Source of the DNA: Candidatus Latescibacterota bacterium
Lineage (GTDB): Bacteria; Latescibacterota; UBA2968; UBA8231
Assembly: GCA_965204725.1 (NCBI GenBank)
Contig: OZ242005.1
Span: 3,040,001-3,104,000, forward strand
Direction of reading: 5' to 3'
Length of the DNA stretch: 64,000 nucleotides
Below the pieces are notes generated by a model, which saw only the letters and a list, made by a program, of their open reading frames with translations, was not told the DNA's origin and searched no databases. The position numbers and the translations under genes were made by a program. Below, one piece after another: positions 54,593-64,000 of this stretch (the stretch's first letter is position 1; every line of letters begins with the position of its first letter).

Positions 54593-55957
54593 TCACTTCG
54601 TCGTGATGTTGTACCGCTTGATCTTGTACTGAAGGGAGCGGACGCTAATGCCCAAAATGGCGGCCGCTTCGCGCCGGTTGCCCGTGAGGCGTTGGAGGGT
54701 CTGGCGGATGAGCTCGGCTTCGGCCTCTTGTAGAGAAGAGCCGAGGGCCATTGAGAACTGCCCGGGGCCATCGGCCAGCGCGCCGAGCGGACCGGGCAGG
54801 TGCTCGGGGAGAATGACCGCAGCCGACGTGGTGACCACCAGCCGCTGGAGCAGGTTGCGCAACTGGCGCACATTGCCCGGCCAATCGTAGGCGATGAGGC
54901 CCTCCATGGCTTCCGGGCTGATTTTTTTAGCAGGCTTGTTCTGAGCACGGCAGGTTTCGTCGAGGCACATTTCGACTAAGACCGGGATGTCTTCCCGCCG
55001 TTGGCGCAGGGGGGGGATGTCAATGGGGATCACGTTAAGGCGGTAGTACAGGTCTTCGCGGAAGCGGCCTGTTGCTACTGCGTCTTCGAGGTTGCGGTTG
55101 GTCGCGGCGATGATGCGCACATCGGCGCGGTGGACCTGCGGATCCCCGAGCGGTTGGAACTCGTGGGACTCTAGGACGCGCAATAGCTCGACCTGATTTT
55201 TGTGCGGCACCTCGCCGATTTCGTCGAGGAAGAGGGTCCCCTTCTCGGCGAGGGTGAACCGGCCGGGCCGGTCGGCGTGGGCGCTGGTAAAGGCGCCGCG
55301 CTTGTGGCCGAACAACTCGCTGGCAAAAAGCTCTTCGGTAAAGCCGCCGCAGTTGACGGCCACAAAGGGCGCATCGCGGCGTTTGCTGCGGTCGTGGATA
55401 GCGCGTGCGACGAGATCCTTGCCGACGCCGGTCTCGCCGCGCAAGAGCACCGGCACATCCGCTTCGGCCACTTGTTTGATTGTGGCCGCGGCCTCCTGCA
55501 TGGCCGGGCTGCGGCGCACGAGGCGACGGAACGGGGCTTCTTTTTCGAGGCGGTTGTGGAGTTTGCGGTTTTCGACGACGAGTTCAAAGCGATCGAGGGC
55601 GCGGGCGACTACGAGGCGCAGGTGGTCTAGATCGACGGGTTTGGTCACTACGTCGTACGCGCCTTTGCGCATGGCTTCAACCGCGGTGTGAACATTATCG
55701 TGGGCCGTGAGTATGATGCACAAGGTGCCGGGGTGGTGCTGGCCGACCGCCTGCAAAAGCTGGATCCCAGCGGGCCCCGGCATCTGCAAGTCGAGAATCG
55801 CCAAGTGGAAATTGTCGGCTTTCAGCATCCGGCGCACTTGGGCACCGTCCGCAGCGGTTTCAACGGCATAACCGGGTTTTTGTAGGGCCTCTTGTAGCCC
55901 TTCGCGAATAAAGAGCGATTGATCGGCGATGAGGATGTTGGCCTGGAGTTGGGGCAT
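54593..55957 (-). CDS. Sigma54-dependent response regulator (AtoC/NtrC family)
   Basis: Receiver with ILDLQMP; GETGVGKD, GAFTSA, WPGNVRQL, Fis HTH 'GNRREAAAILGIS'. Confidence 0.93.
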   Translation of the reverse strand: MPQLQANILIADQSLFIREGLQEALQKPGYAVETAADGAQVRRMLKADNFHLAILDLQMPGPAGIQLLQAVGQHHPGTLCIILTAHDNVHTAVEAMRKGAYDVVTKPVDLDHLRLVVARALDRFELVVENRKLHNRLEKEAPFRRLVRRSPAMQEAAATIKQVAEADVPVLLRGETGVGKDLVARAIHDRSKRRDAPFVAVNCGGFTEELFASELFGHKRGAFTSAHADRPGRFTLAEKGTLFLDEIGEVPHKNQVELLRVLESHEFQPLGDPQVHRADVRIIAATNRNLEDAVATGRFREDLYYRLNVIPIDIPPLRQRREDIPVLVEMCLDETCRAQNKPAKKISPEAMEGLIAYDWPGNVRQLRNLLQRLVVTTSAAVILPEHLPGPLGALADGPGQFSMALGSSLQEAEAELIRQTLQRLTGNRREAAAILGISVRSLQYKIKRYNITTK

Positions 55958-56001
55958 GAGCGCTGGTTGACAGGGATGGCAAGAGGACTAGCTTTTCCTG
56001 C

Positions 56002-56730
56002 ATGGAGAATAAGCAAAACGTCGCCGAACACAAGAGGCGCAACCGCGACATGTTCAACGCCATTGCGCGGCGCTACGACTTGCTCAACCACCTCCTCAGC
56101 GGCGGTGTAGATGTGTACTGGCGGCGGCGCGCCCTCAACTGTGCGCTGAAGGCGGCCCCGCAGCGCGTCTTGGATCTGGCTACTGGCACCGGCGACTTTG
56201 CCCTCGCGGCCACCCGCTTAAAACCGCAGCAAGTCGTTGGTATTGACGTGGCCGTTGAGATGCTGCGGCTAGGAGCGGCCAAGGTGGCGGCCAAGGGACC
56301 GGCCACTCGCATTGAGCTGTTAGTCGGCGACGCCGAGCAGTTGCCGTTTCAGAATAGTACCTTCGATATGGTGACCGGGGCCTTTGGGGTGCGCAATTTT
56401 GGCCACATTCCGAGCGGCTTGGCCGAGGCCCACCGCGTCCTCAAGCCCGGCGGTCAGCTCTTGGTACTCGACTTCTGCGAGCCTACGACGCCGCTGTTTC
56501 GGCAGTTGTACGGGTTCTACTTCCACAAAGTGCTGCCCCTGATCGGCGGCCTCGTTTCCGGCCAGCGCCGAGCCTACGCCTACCTGCCGCGCTCGGTGGG
56601 GGCCTTTCCCCAGGGGTCGGCCTTTGTCGAATTGCTCGTCGCGGCCGGTTTCAGCCAGACGCGCTACACGCCCATGACTTGGGGGATTGCCGCGGTGTAC
56701 CAAGGCGTCAAAGGGCCGGTTGACGAATAG
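56002..56730 (-). other. No feature on minus strand; see plus-strand menG call
   Basis: Minus-strand ORFs here are shadows of the plus-strand methyltransferase. Confidence 0.1.
56002..56730 (+). CDS. menG: Demethylmenaquinone methyltransferase (UbiE/MenG)
   Basis: 'MFNAIARRYDLLNHLLSGG', LDLATGTGD, 'GDAEQLPF', 'FGVRN', 'AYAYLPRSV'. Confidence 0.94.
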   Translation: MENKQNVAEHKRRNRDMFNAIARRYDLLNHLLSGGVDVYWRRRALNCALKAAPQRVLDLATGTGDFALAATRLKPQQVVGIDVAVEMLRLGAAKVAAKGPATRIELLVGDAEQLPFQNSTFDMVTGAFGVRNFGHIPSGLAEAHRVLKPGGQLLVLDFCEPTTPLFRQLYGFYFHKVLPLIGGLVSGQRRAYAYLPRSVGAFPQGSAFVELLVAAGFSQTRYTPMTWGIAAVYQGVKGPVDE

Positions 56731-56748
56731 GATACCCATTGCGTAGTT

Positions 56749-57897
56749 ATGTACGAAACGCGGGAGAAACAAGTGATTTACGACGACCTTATTGGCCGCG
56801 CTGGCCTCGGCGATATCTACCATAAAGTGCTGGCTGGGCAGCGCTTGAGCGCAGACGATGGCCTGCGCCTGTACGCCTGCGATGAGCTGCCCATCTTGGG
56901 CTATCTGGCCAATATCGTCCGCGAGCGCACCAGCGGCGATTCCGCGTTCTACGTGCGCAACCAGCACATCAACTACACCAACATCTGCAACAAGCTCTGC
57001 AAGTTCTGCTCCTTTTATGTCAAGCCCAAAGACGAGCGCGGTTACGTGTTGGCACCCGAGCAGGTCGCCGCGCGGGTCTCCGAGTACGATCAGGCCCCGA
57101 TCACCGAGCTCCACATGGTCGGCGGCGTCAACCCCAAGCTGCCCTATCAATACTATCTCAATGTCTTGCGGGCGATGAAGCAAGCCCGGCCGGCCGCGCA
57201 TCTGAAGGCCTTCACCATGATTGAGATCGCCCAGATTCAGCGCATCGCCAAAAAGCCGCTCGAAGCGGTCTTTGCCGACCTAAAGGAGGCCGGGCTGGAG
57301 TCGCTGCCCGGCGGCGGGGCCGAAGTCTTTAGCGATCGGGTCCAAGGCGACCTTTTCTGGACCAAGGCGGATTCCGAGGAATGGCTGAACATCGCTCAGG
57401 TGGCGCACCGAGCCGGCCTGCCCTCCAACGCCACCATGCTCTATGGTCACATCGAAAACACCGAGGAGAAGGTCTATCACCTCGTGCGGCTGCGCGAAGT
57501 GCAGGACGAGACCGGCGGCTTCCTCTGCTACATCCCGCTTTCCTTCCACCCCGAGCGCACCGAGTTGGAGCACTTGCCCGGGCCTACGGGCTGCCTCGAT
57601 CTCAAGGAAATCGCCGTGGGGCGGCTGATGCTCGACAACTTCCCCCACGTCAAGACCTTCTGGATTATGAATACCATTGAGATTTCGCAGGCCGCGCTCT
57701 GGTACGGGGCCGACGATATCGACGGCACGGTCATGGACTACGAAATCACCCGCAAAAGTTTCACCGCGACCGAGCAGCGGCTGACGCAGGCCGAGCTCGT
57801 GCAGCGCATCGTCGAGGCCGGGCGTCAGCCCATCGAGCGCGACTCCCTCTACAATATCGTCGCCGATACCCCGGCCTTGCTGGCGGCGGCCGGATAG
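56749..57897 (+). CDS. mqnE: Aminofutalosine synthase (radical SAM)
   Basis: INYTNICNKLCKFC, 'ELHMVGG', 'HLKAFT', 'PGGGAEVF', 'GADDIDGT'. Confidence 0.9.
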   Translation: MYETREKQVIYDDLIGRAGLGDIYHKVLAGQRLSADDGLRLYACDELPILGYLANIVRERTSGDSAFYVRNQHINYTNICNKLCKFCSFYVKPKDERGYVLAPEQVAARVSEYDQAPITELHMVGGVNPKLPYQYYLNVLRAMKQARPAAHLKAFTMIEIAQIQRIAKKPLEAVFADLKEAGLESLPGGGAEVFSDRVQGDLFWTKADSEEWLNIAQVAHRAGLPSNATMLYGHIENTEEKVYHLVRLREVQDETGGFLCYIPLSFHPERTELEHLPGPTGCLDLKEIAVGRLMLDNFPHVKTFWIMNTIEISQAALWYGADDIDGTVMDYEITRKSFTATEQRLTQAELVQRIVEAGRQPIERDSLYNIVADTPALLAAAG

Positions 57898-59042
57898 TGC
57901 CCGTGATCGCCGATATTGCCGAAAAGGTCTATGCCGGCGAGCGACTCGCGCTCGCGGATGCCCGCCGCCTGTTCGCGCACCCCAACCTCGCCGAGCTGGG
58001 GATGCTGGCGCATTGGGTGCGCCGGCAAAAACACCCCGAGCCAGTGGTCACGTACAACGTCGGGCGCAACATCAACTACACCAATGTCTGCTGGGTCAAG
58101 TGCGACTTTTGCGCCTTCTACCGGCCGCCTAAGTCTAGCGAGGGCTATGTCCTGTCCGACGAGCACATATTTGCCAAAATCGACGAGTTGGTGGCCTTTG
58201 GCGGCGACGAGCCCAAGTCCTGCGAGATCCTCATGCAAGGCGGTCTCAACCCCAAGCTGCGTCTCGATTACTACGAACAGTTGCTCTCGGCCATCAGAGA
58301 CCGCTATCCCCAAGTGCAACTACACTGTCTGTCGGCCACGGAAATCATCTACATCGCGCACCTGTCGCGGCTATCGCTAGCCGCGACCATTCGCCGCCTG
58401 CGCGACGCGGGGCTGGATTCGATCCCCGGGGCCGGGGCTGAGATCCTCAACGACGAGGTGCGCGACATTATCGGCTTTCGCAAGGACCGCACCGAGGAGT
58501 GGCTGGAAGTGCATCGCGTCGCGCACGAGCTGGGGATGCCGACTACGGCCACGATGATGTACGGCCACGTGGAGACGGTCGAACACCGCCTAGAACACCT
58601 AGACCGCCTGCGGCAGCTACAGAACGAACGCGGCGGCTTCACCGCCTTCATTGCTTGGAACTTCCAGCCCGACCACACGGACTTGGGGGCGGACGCGGCC
58701 CGCTGGAACGGTGTCAAAGCGACCGGGTACGACCACCTGCGCACGGTGGCCGTAGCGCGGCTTTTCCTCGACAACATCCCCAGCCTACAGGCCTCGTGGG
58801 TGACCCAAGGGCCTAAAATCGCCCAAGTCAGCTTGCGCTACGGAGTCAACGACTTCGGCAGCACCATGCTCGAAGAAAACGTCGTCAGTGCGGCCGGCAC
58901 CCGCCACACCAACGAGATGGGCTTGGATGCCATGGAACGGCTAATCCGCGACGCTGGCTTTGCGCCGCGCCGGCGCAACACGCGCTACGAGCCGGTGGCT
59001 TCACCCTGTAGGCTCAACGCTTTGCCAGCCATTGCCGGCTAA
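57897..59042 (+). CDS. mqnC: Cyclic dehypoxanthinyl futalosine synthase (radical SAM)
   Basis: RNINYTNVCWVKCDFCAFYR, 'ILMQGG', 'QASWVTQG', 'NDFGSTMLEENVVSAAG'. Confidence 0.92.
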   Translation: MPVIADIAEKVYAGERLALADARRLFAHPNLAELGMLAHWVRRQKHPEPVVTYNVGRNINYTNVCWVKCDFCAFYRPPKSSEGYVLSDEHIFAKIDELVAFGGDEPKSCEILMQGGLNPKLRLDYYEQLLSAIRDRYPQVQLHCLSATEIIYIAHLSRLSLAATIRRLRDAGLDSIPGAGAEILNDEVRDIIGFRKDRTEEWLEVHRVAHELGMPTTATMMYGHVETVEHRLEHLDRLRQLQNERGGFTAFIAWNFQPDHTDLGADAARWNGVKATGYDHLRTVAVARLFLDNIPSLQASWVTQGPKIAQVSLRYGVNDFGSTMLEENVVSAAGTRHTNEMGLDAMERLIRDAGFAPRRRNTRYEPVASPCRLNALPAIAG

Positions 59043-59102
59043 ACAGGGCCGCTGGTCCCAGCCCTTGCCACGCGCCACGCGCCATCCCCAAGGAGATTTT
59101 CT

Positions 59103-59897
59103 ATGAAGCCGCGCTTGGGCGCGGTCCCGTACCTCAACACGCGGCCCCTCGTCGGTGCCCTCGAGCGCGAGCCCGCGCCTTTCGCGCTGAGTTATTCGGT
59201 GCCCTCGCACTGCGCCAAGGCCCTGGCGGCTGGCGCCATCGACGTGGGGATCATTCCCGCGATCGAATACGCCCGCAGCGTTTGCCCCTACTGGATCGTC
59301 CCCGATATAGCCATTGGTTCGCAGGGTCCGGTGCTGACGGTGCGCCTCTTTTGCCGCCGTCCGCTGCCGCAGATCAAGCGCGTCGCCTTGGCCACCTGTT
59401 CCCGCACTTCAGTCGCTTTGTTGTCCATTCTACTGCGCGAAAAATTCGCGCTCGCTCCCCAGCTAATCGAAATGCCGCCCGATTTGGAGGCCATGCTGGA
59501 GTGTGCTGACGCGGCCCTGCTCATCGGCGATCGGGTCTTCCCGCACTTGGACCGAGACTTGGAGAGCTTGGACTTGGGGCGAGAATGGACGGCCATGACC
59601 GATTTGCCCTTTGTCTTTGCCTTTTGGGCGGGCCGCCCGCAGGCCCTTAGCCCCGCCCAAGTCCAACAATTGCAGTGGGCCAAAGGGCAGGGGGTATGCC
59701 AAGTGCCGTCTATCGCCCAAGCGTACAGCCGAGAATGCGGCGGCTCGCCCGAGTTCTACGAGCGCTACCTGACCCACCACATCCGCTTTGATTTGGACGA
59801 GGCCGCCCAAGCCGGGTTGCGGCTGTTCTATCGGTTGGCTCACCGCCACGGCCTGATCGGCGTGGTCCCTCAACTGCGCTTTTATCCAGCGGTCTGA
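59103..59897 (+). CDS. mqnA: Chorismate dehydratase (futalosine pathway)
   Basis: 'VPYLNTRPL', 'SRTSVALL', 'ALLIGD', 'DLGREW...LPFVFAFW'. Confidence 0.92.
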   Translation: MKPRLGAVPYLNTRPLVGALEREPAPFALSYSVPSHCAKALAAGAIDVGIIPAIEYARSVCPYWIVPDIAIGSQGPVLTVRLFCRRPLPQIKRVALATCSRTSVALLSILLREKFALAPQLIEMPPDLEAMLECADAALLIGDRVFPHLDRDLESLDLGREWTAMTDLPFVFAFWAGRPQALSPAQVQQLQWAKGQGVCQVPSIAQAYSRECGGSPEFYERYLTHHIRFDLDEAAQAGLRLFYRLAHRHGLIGVVPQLRFYPAV

Positions 59898-59907
59898 CGA
59901 GGGCGCG

Positions 59908-60795
59908 ATGGCTTTCTTGCCGACGATTGCGGTGTACGGCCGCATGATCAAATTCTCCCACAGCGTCTTTGCCCTGCCCTTTGCCTTTAGCGGTGCCTTG
60001 CTGGCCGCGGTCGGCACGGGTATCACCCCGGCCCAGATCGGCTGGATCGCGCTGGCGATGGTGGGGGCACGTAGCGCGGCCATGGGTTTTAATCGCCTCG
60101 TTGACCGCCATCTCGACGCGGCCAATCCCCGCACCCAAAACCGCGAACTGCCGCAAGGTGCGGTCTCGCCTCAGGCCGTGGGGTTGTTCGTGGTTCTGTC
60201 GGCCTTGGTCTTGGTCTTGGCAGCGCACCAACTCAACCCGTTGTGCTTATACCTGTCGCCGCTAGTTTTGGCCGTGCTCTTGTTCTATTCGCTAACCAAG
60301 CGCTTCACTTGGGCCTCTCACTTGGTTTTGGGGTTGAGTTTGGGCGGGGCGCCGCTGGGCGCGTGGATTGCGGTCACTGGGGGGGTTGACCTCGTCCCGC
60401 TCCTGCTCTGCTTGGGGGTGCTGGTTTGGGTGGCCGGCTTTGACATCATCTACGCTTGCCAAGACCGCGCCTTTGACATCCGGGCCGGACTCCATTCCAT
60501 CCCGGTCCGCTTTGGCATTGCCCGCGCCCTATCCATGGCCCGCGCCTTGCACCTATTGTTCGTGGTGCTGCTCGTGCTCGTGGGTCGCACGGCCGGCTTG
60601 AGCCTGTTGTATTGGTTGGGCGTCGCAGTGGTCGCCGGCTTGCTGGTGTACGAGCACCGGCTGGTGCGGGCCGACGACCTGTCCCGCTTGAGCACGGCCT
60701 TTATGACGGTCAACAGCGCGGTCAGCCTGATCTATTTTGCCGCGATCTGGGCCGATCTGCTCGTCTTTGGCGAGGGAGAATTGCTGCGCTTGTGA
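59908..60795 (+). CDS. mqnP: UbiA-like polyprenyltransferase of the futalosine pathway (MqnP)
   Basis: 'IKFSHSVFALPFA', 'NRLVDRHLDAANPRT', 'YSLTKRFT', 'GFDIIYACQD'; in the mqn operon. Confidence 0.88.
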   Translation: MAFLPTIAVYGRMIKFSHSVFALPFAFSGALLAAVGTGITPAQIGWIALAMVGARSAAMGFNRLVDRHLDAANPRTQNRELPQGAVSPQAVGLFVVLSALVLVLAAHQLNPLCLYLSPLVLAVLLFYSLTKRFTWASHLVLGLSLGGAPLGAWIAVTGGVDLVPLLLCLGVLVWVAGFDIIYACQDRAFDIRAGLHSIPVRFGIARALSMARALHLLFVVLLVLVGRTAGLSLLYWLGVAVVAGLLVYEHRLVRADDLSRLSTAFMTVNSAVSLIYFAAIWADLLVFGEGELLRL

Positions 60796-60845
60796 CGGGC
60801 GAGTGGTCTAGGCGCTAGACAAGCGGTCCGATGAGGAGAAAATCC

Positions 60846-62516
60846 ATGAACATCAATGCGACTATTATCGATCAGAGGGTATCGGGTATTGTTGACGAGT
60901 ACCCCGAATGGCTACCGCAAGGGAACGACATCAACCAAAAGAAGTCGGCGGCCTTTGTGCTCCTGTGTATGTCAACGTGCCTTGAAATGACGCTTGCAGA
61001 CAGTGCCGAGTTGCTTACTGAAGGAGGAAACGATGCCGGCGTTGATGGGCTTCACGTGGGCGAGGTTGAAGATGGTGATTTTCTCGTCACGATTTTCCAA
61101 GGCAAATACAAAGTCAAGGACCTAAGCGGCCAGGCAAACTTCCCGGAAAACGACGTGCAAAAAGCGGTGGATACCGTGCGGATATTGTTTGATCCCAATA
61201 GGAATGTCGCGCTAAATAAAAAAATAGCTCCTAAAATTGAGGAAATTCGCTCGTTGATCCGCGATGCGTATATTCCCAATGTGCGGGTAATTCTTTGCAA
61301 TAACGGAGATCGGTGGACATCACAAGCAGATAGTTGGGTAACTGACGCCGAAGAGCAGTACGGCGACAAAGTGAAGTTCCTCCACTTCAACCACGATTCC
61401 ATCGTCCGTATCTTACAGCGCAGCAAACAGGTGGATACCACCCTGACGCTTAGTGGGCAAGCCATTGTAGAAGATATGAACTACATGCGCGTTTTGGTCG
61501 GGCGCGTTTCCGTGCAAGAGATCCAACGACTGTTTAACGATCACGGAGACAGCCTGCTAGAGCGCAATATCCGCCGTTACCTCGGGCTTCACACCAATCG
61601 CGGCAACACCGCCATTCACGAGACGCTTTGCGATCCAAACAAATCCGACAAATTCTACTTCTACAACAACGGCATTACCGCAGTCTGCGACCGATTCGAT
61701 TACAACGCTTTTCAGCAATCAGACTACCAAGTGCAACTCAAGAATATACAGGTGATTAACGGGGGGCAGACCTGCAAGACGATTCAAGAAACACTCAATG
61801 GAATTTTGCCCAACCTGTGCGGCGAGTCAGCGTATCTGTTGATTCGCGTTTACCAGTTGGCCGATACCCATAAAGGGTTCGTCCAAGACATCACCTACGC
61901 GACCAACAGTCAAAACCCAGTGGATCTCAGAGATTTGCGATCTAACGATGAGATGCAGAAGCGGTTGGAGTTGGGCTTGTCTGGGCTGGGCTATACGTAC
62001 AAACGCCAGCGGGAGGAAGGGGGAGGGGGGGCGTCGGTTATCACGAGTTCGATTATGGCTGAAGCCGTGCTCGCAATCTGGCGAGAAAGACCGCACCAAG
62101 CCAAATTTCGCCGCAAAGAACACTTTGGCAAACTGTACGAGGATATCTTTGAGCAACTCAATGCGGCTCAGGCATTGCTTGCGGTCTTGATTTTCAGGGC
62201 GGTCGAAAACAAAAGGAAACGTCCGACAACGACCACGCCGCCGGACTTTCTACCCTATTCGTCTCACTACATCGCCATGTTGATCGGGCGCACACTCCTC
62301 AAGGATAAGGATACCCCCCTCGATCAGGTTTCCCATCGAAACATTCAGGAACTCTTAAAGGCACTTGAGGACGATCAAGCCCAATACCATGCGGATGCCG
62401 TCCAAGCGCTGGAAAACGCGCTAACGGCTTGCTACGGAGACCGAGATGTTTCGCTCCAGCAGTTGTCGGCGACCTTCCGGCGCGGCGACCTACTCGAAAT
62501 GCTCGACGACACCTAG
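60846..62516 (+). CDS. AIPR family (abortive infection phage resistance) protein
   Basis: 'NDAGVDG', 'FQGKY', 'LLERNIRRYLG', 'FYFYNNGIT', 'QVINGGQT', 'ATNSQNPV'; more AT-rich than neighbours; GAGGAG RBS before ATG 60846. Confidence 0.9.
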   Translation: MNINATIIDQRVSGIVDEYPEWLPQGNDINQKKSAAFVLLCMSTCLEMTLADSAELLTEGGNDAGVDGLHVGEVEDGDFLVTIFQGKYKVKDLSGQANFPENDVQKAVDTVRILFDPNRNVALNKKIAPKIEEIRSLIRDAYIPNVRVILCNNGDRWTSQADSWVTDAEEQYGDKVKFLHFNHDSIVRILQRSKQVDTTLTLSGQAIVEDMNYMRVLVGRVSVQEIQRLFNDHGDSLLERNIRRYLGLHTNRGNTAIHETLCDPNKSDKFYFYNNGITAVCDRFDYNAFQQSDYQVQLKNIQVINGGQTCKTIQETLNGILPNLCGESAYLLIRVYQLADTHKGFVQDITYATNSQNPVDLRDLRSNDEMQKRLELGLSGLGYTYKRQREEGGGGASVITSSIMAEAVLAIWRERPHQAKFRRKEHFGKLYEDIFEQLNAAQALLAVLIFRAVENKRKRPTTTTPPDFLPYSSHYIAMLIGRTLLKDKDTPLDQVSHRNIQELLKALEDDQAQYHADAVQALENALTACYGDRDVSLQQLSATFRRGDLLEMLDDT

Positions 62517-62530
62517 CCGATGGTCGAGCG

Positions 62531-64000
62531 ATGAGCGTAAGAGAGGATGTACGCGCCGCGCTTGCGGCCATACCACAGGGCAATTTTGCTGCGGCCGCGC
62601 AAGACTTGCTCGCTGTTCTCGGTTATCAGAGCGAGCGCACCTTGCCCGGGCAGACAGACTTCATGGCGCAGTTTCCCGCCCCGAAGGCAAACACGAAGAC
62701 CGAGCAAGCATTTGGCGAGTGCGTCCAATCCGTGCAACTCGTCTTTCAGGTGACGAGCGATGAAATCGCCGCGGCCAATCAGCCAGCCGCTTCCTTCGAC
62801 GCGGGGCAGCAGCAGAGCTTTATCTTCTTCGCTGTCGCGCTCAAGGAAGCAAGCTATGCTCGCGGCCAGTACGCGCAGTTCACCCGCGCGATCAACAAGC
62901 GTCTGCGCCAACCCGCTGTCGTTTTGTTTAAGACCACCGACCATCGGCTCACCTTGGCGTTTGTGCATCGCCGCGAGCACAAGCGCGCTGGCAAGCGGGA
63001 CGTGCTGGGCCATGTGTCCCTGATCCGGGAGATTGCCCCGGCCGACCCGCACCGCGCCCATCTGGACATCCTCGCCGAATTGGCCTTGCCCAATCTGCTG
63101 GCGTGGATGGACGCCCGCGCCAAGCCGCACAATTTTGACGGACTGCTGGCCGCTTGGTTGGACAAACTGGACACCGAAGAACTCAACCGGCGGTTTTACC
63201 GCGACTTGTTCGGCTGGTTTAAGCGGGCGGTCCAAGAGGCCAAGTTTCCCACTGATCAGGCCCGAACCCGGCCGGCCGAGGAGCACGTTATCCGCCTCAT
63301 CACGCGCCTGTTATTCGTTTGGTTTATCAAGGAAAAGGGACTGATTGCCGAGGACCTATTCATTGAGGCGCGCGTTAAAAACTTGCTAAAAAGCTACGAC
63401 CGAGACGCGGGCGATTCGTACTATCGGGCGGTGCTGCAAAACCTATTTTTCGCCACCCTGAACACCGAGATTGGCAAGCGCGGTTTTAGCCAAGTAGAGA
63501 AACCTACGCACCGCAACTTTTCGCTGTATCGCTACAAACGGGAAATCAGCGACCCCAACGCGCTTTTGGCCCTGTTCGCCCAAACGCCCTTTATCAACGG
63601 CGGTTTGTTCGATTGCTTGGACAGCGAGGAGGCGACGCGAGATGGCGGCTATCGGATCGATTGCTTCTCCGATAGGCATTACAAAAAGTTGAGCATCCCC
63701 AACCGGCTATTTTTTGCCGACGACGGGCTGATTACGCTGTTCAACCACTACAAGTTCACGGTCGAAGAAAACACGCCCATAGAGCAGGAGGTCGCTCTAG
63801 ACCCGGAGTTGCTCGGCAAGGTTTTTGAGAATTTATTGGCGGCCTACAACCCGGAGACGCGTGCGACAGCGCGCAAGCAAACGGGCTCCTACTACACGCC
63901 CCGCGCCGTGGTGGACTACATGGTAGATGAGGCGTTGGTGGCAGTGCTGGCCGAAAAGGCGCAGCCCGACGATGGCGACGCAGCGTACTGGCAAGCGCGT
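62531..64000 (+). CDS. Type IIG (Eco57I-like) restriction-modification enzyme, truncated by window end
   Basis: Hand translation from ATG 62531 (MSVREDVRAA...) is open to the edge: 'IRLITRLLFVWFIKEKGL', 'LQNLFFATLN', 'PFINGGLF', 'YKFTVEENTP', 'LDPELLGKVFENLLA', 'RKQTGSYYTP'. Not in the ORF track. Confidence 0.9.
   Translation, partial: MSVREDVRAALAAIPQGNFAAAAQDLLAVLGYQSERTLPGQTDFMAQFPAPKANTKTEQAFGECVQSVQLVFQVTSDEIAAANQPAASFDAGQQQSFIFFAVALKEASYARGQYAQFTRAINKRLRQPAVVLFKTTDHRLTLAFVHRREHKRAGKRDVLGHVSLIREIAPADPHRAHLDILAELALPNLLAWMDARAKPHNFDGLLAAWLDKLDTEELNRRFYRDLFGWFKRAVQEAKFPTDQARTRPAEEHVIRLITRLLFVWFIKEKGLIAEDLFIEARVKNLLKSYDRDAGDSYYRAVLQNLFFATLNTEIGKRGFSQVEKPTHRNFSLYRYKREISDPNALLALFAQTPFINGGLFDCLDSEEATRDGGYRIDCFSDRHYKKLSIPNRLFFADDGLITLFNHYKFTVEENTPIEQEVALDPELLGKVFENLLAAYNPETRATARKQTGSYYTPRAVVDYMVDEALVAVLAEKAQPDDGDAAYWQAR

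Noticed and set aside
56749-59042. Tandem radical SAM genes as a RiPP or F420 (CofG/H) cluster
   Set aside because: Motifs and context (mqnA, mqnP, menG) identify MqnE and MqnC.
62513-63679. Minus-strand ORFs 62513-63286 and 63443-63679 in the track
   Set aside because: Shadows of the plus-strand type IIG RM gene starting at 62531.
1-64000. Many long overlapping alternative-frame ORFs and N-terminally extended calls (for example 1143, 10279, 39687, 41136, 42325)
   Set aside because: Expected in high-GC DNA; they lack motifs and overlap well-supported genes, so starts were trimmed to RBS-supported codons.
1-64000. Selenocysteine read-through in local genes
   Set aside because: No gene here appears split at an in-frame TGA; a SECIS search was not possible by eye.

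Overview
GC-rich bacterial chromosome segment from a diderm (LPS transport genes lptF/lptG, outer-membrane barrels, futalosine menaquinone pathway). A C-terminal 'TAVEQTSWGRVK' tail on one secreted protein suggests an FCB-type candidate lineage such as Latescibacterota, but that is inference. Most of the window is housekeeping or metabolic: selA, LysM amidase, LarE, two peptide deformylases, tRNA-Asp, class I aldolase, an imelysin/di-heme iron-uptake triad, M16 peptidase, MltF, TRAP transporter, rpiA, fused indolepyruvate oxidoreductase, amtB-glnK, and menG/mqnE/mqnC/mqnA/mqnP. Less ordinary features read directly from the DNA: (1) a lone OLD-like ATPase-TOPRIM gene wedged between a histidine kinase and its response regulator, flanked by a 9-bp direct repeat whose removal restores a normal overlapping HK-RR junction; (2) a sigma54-driven three-gene envelope operon (4x LTxxQ Spy-like protein with an SWGxxK tail, an 8x DxDxDG Ca-binding protein, a beta-barrel) with paired palindromic enhancer candidates; (3) two copies of a MITE with 9-bp target-site duplications and a REP-like core; (4) four sigma54 promoters and three sigma54 activators, including an apparent sigma54-to-sigma70-factor cascade and a NifA-like regulator beside amtB-glnK with no nif genes in the window; (5) defence-type genes (orphan AbiEi antitoxin, AIPR, and a type IIG restriction-modification gene running off the right edge, absent from the ORF track). 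All family assignments come from motif recognition by eye; no searches were run.
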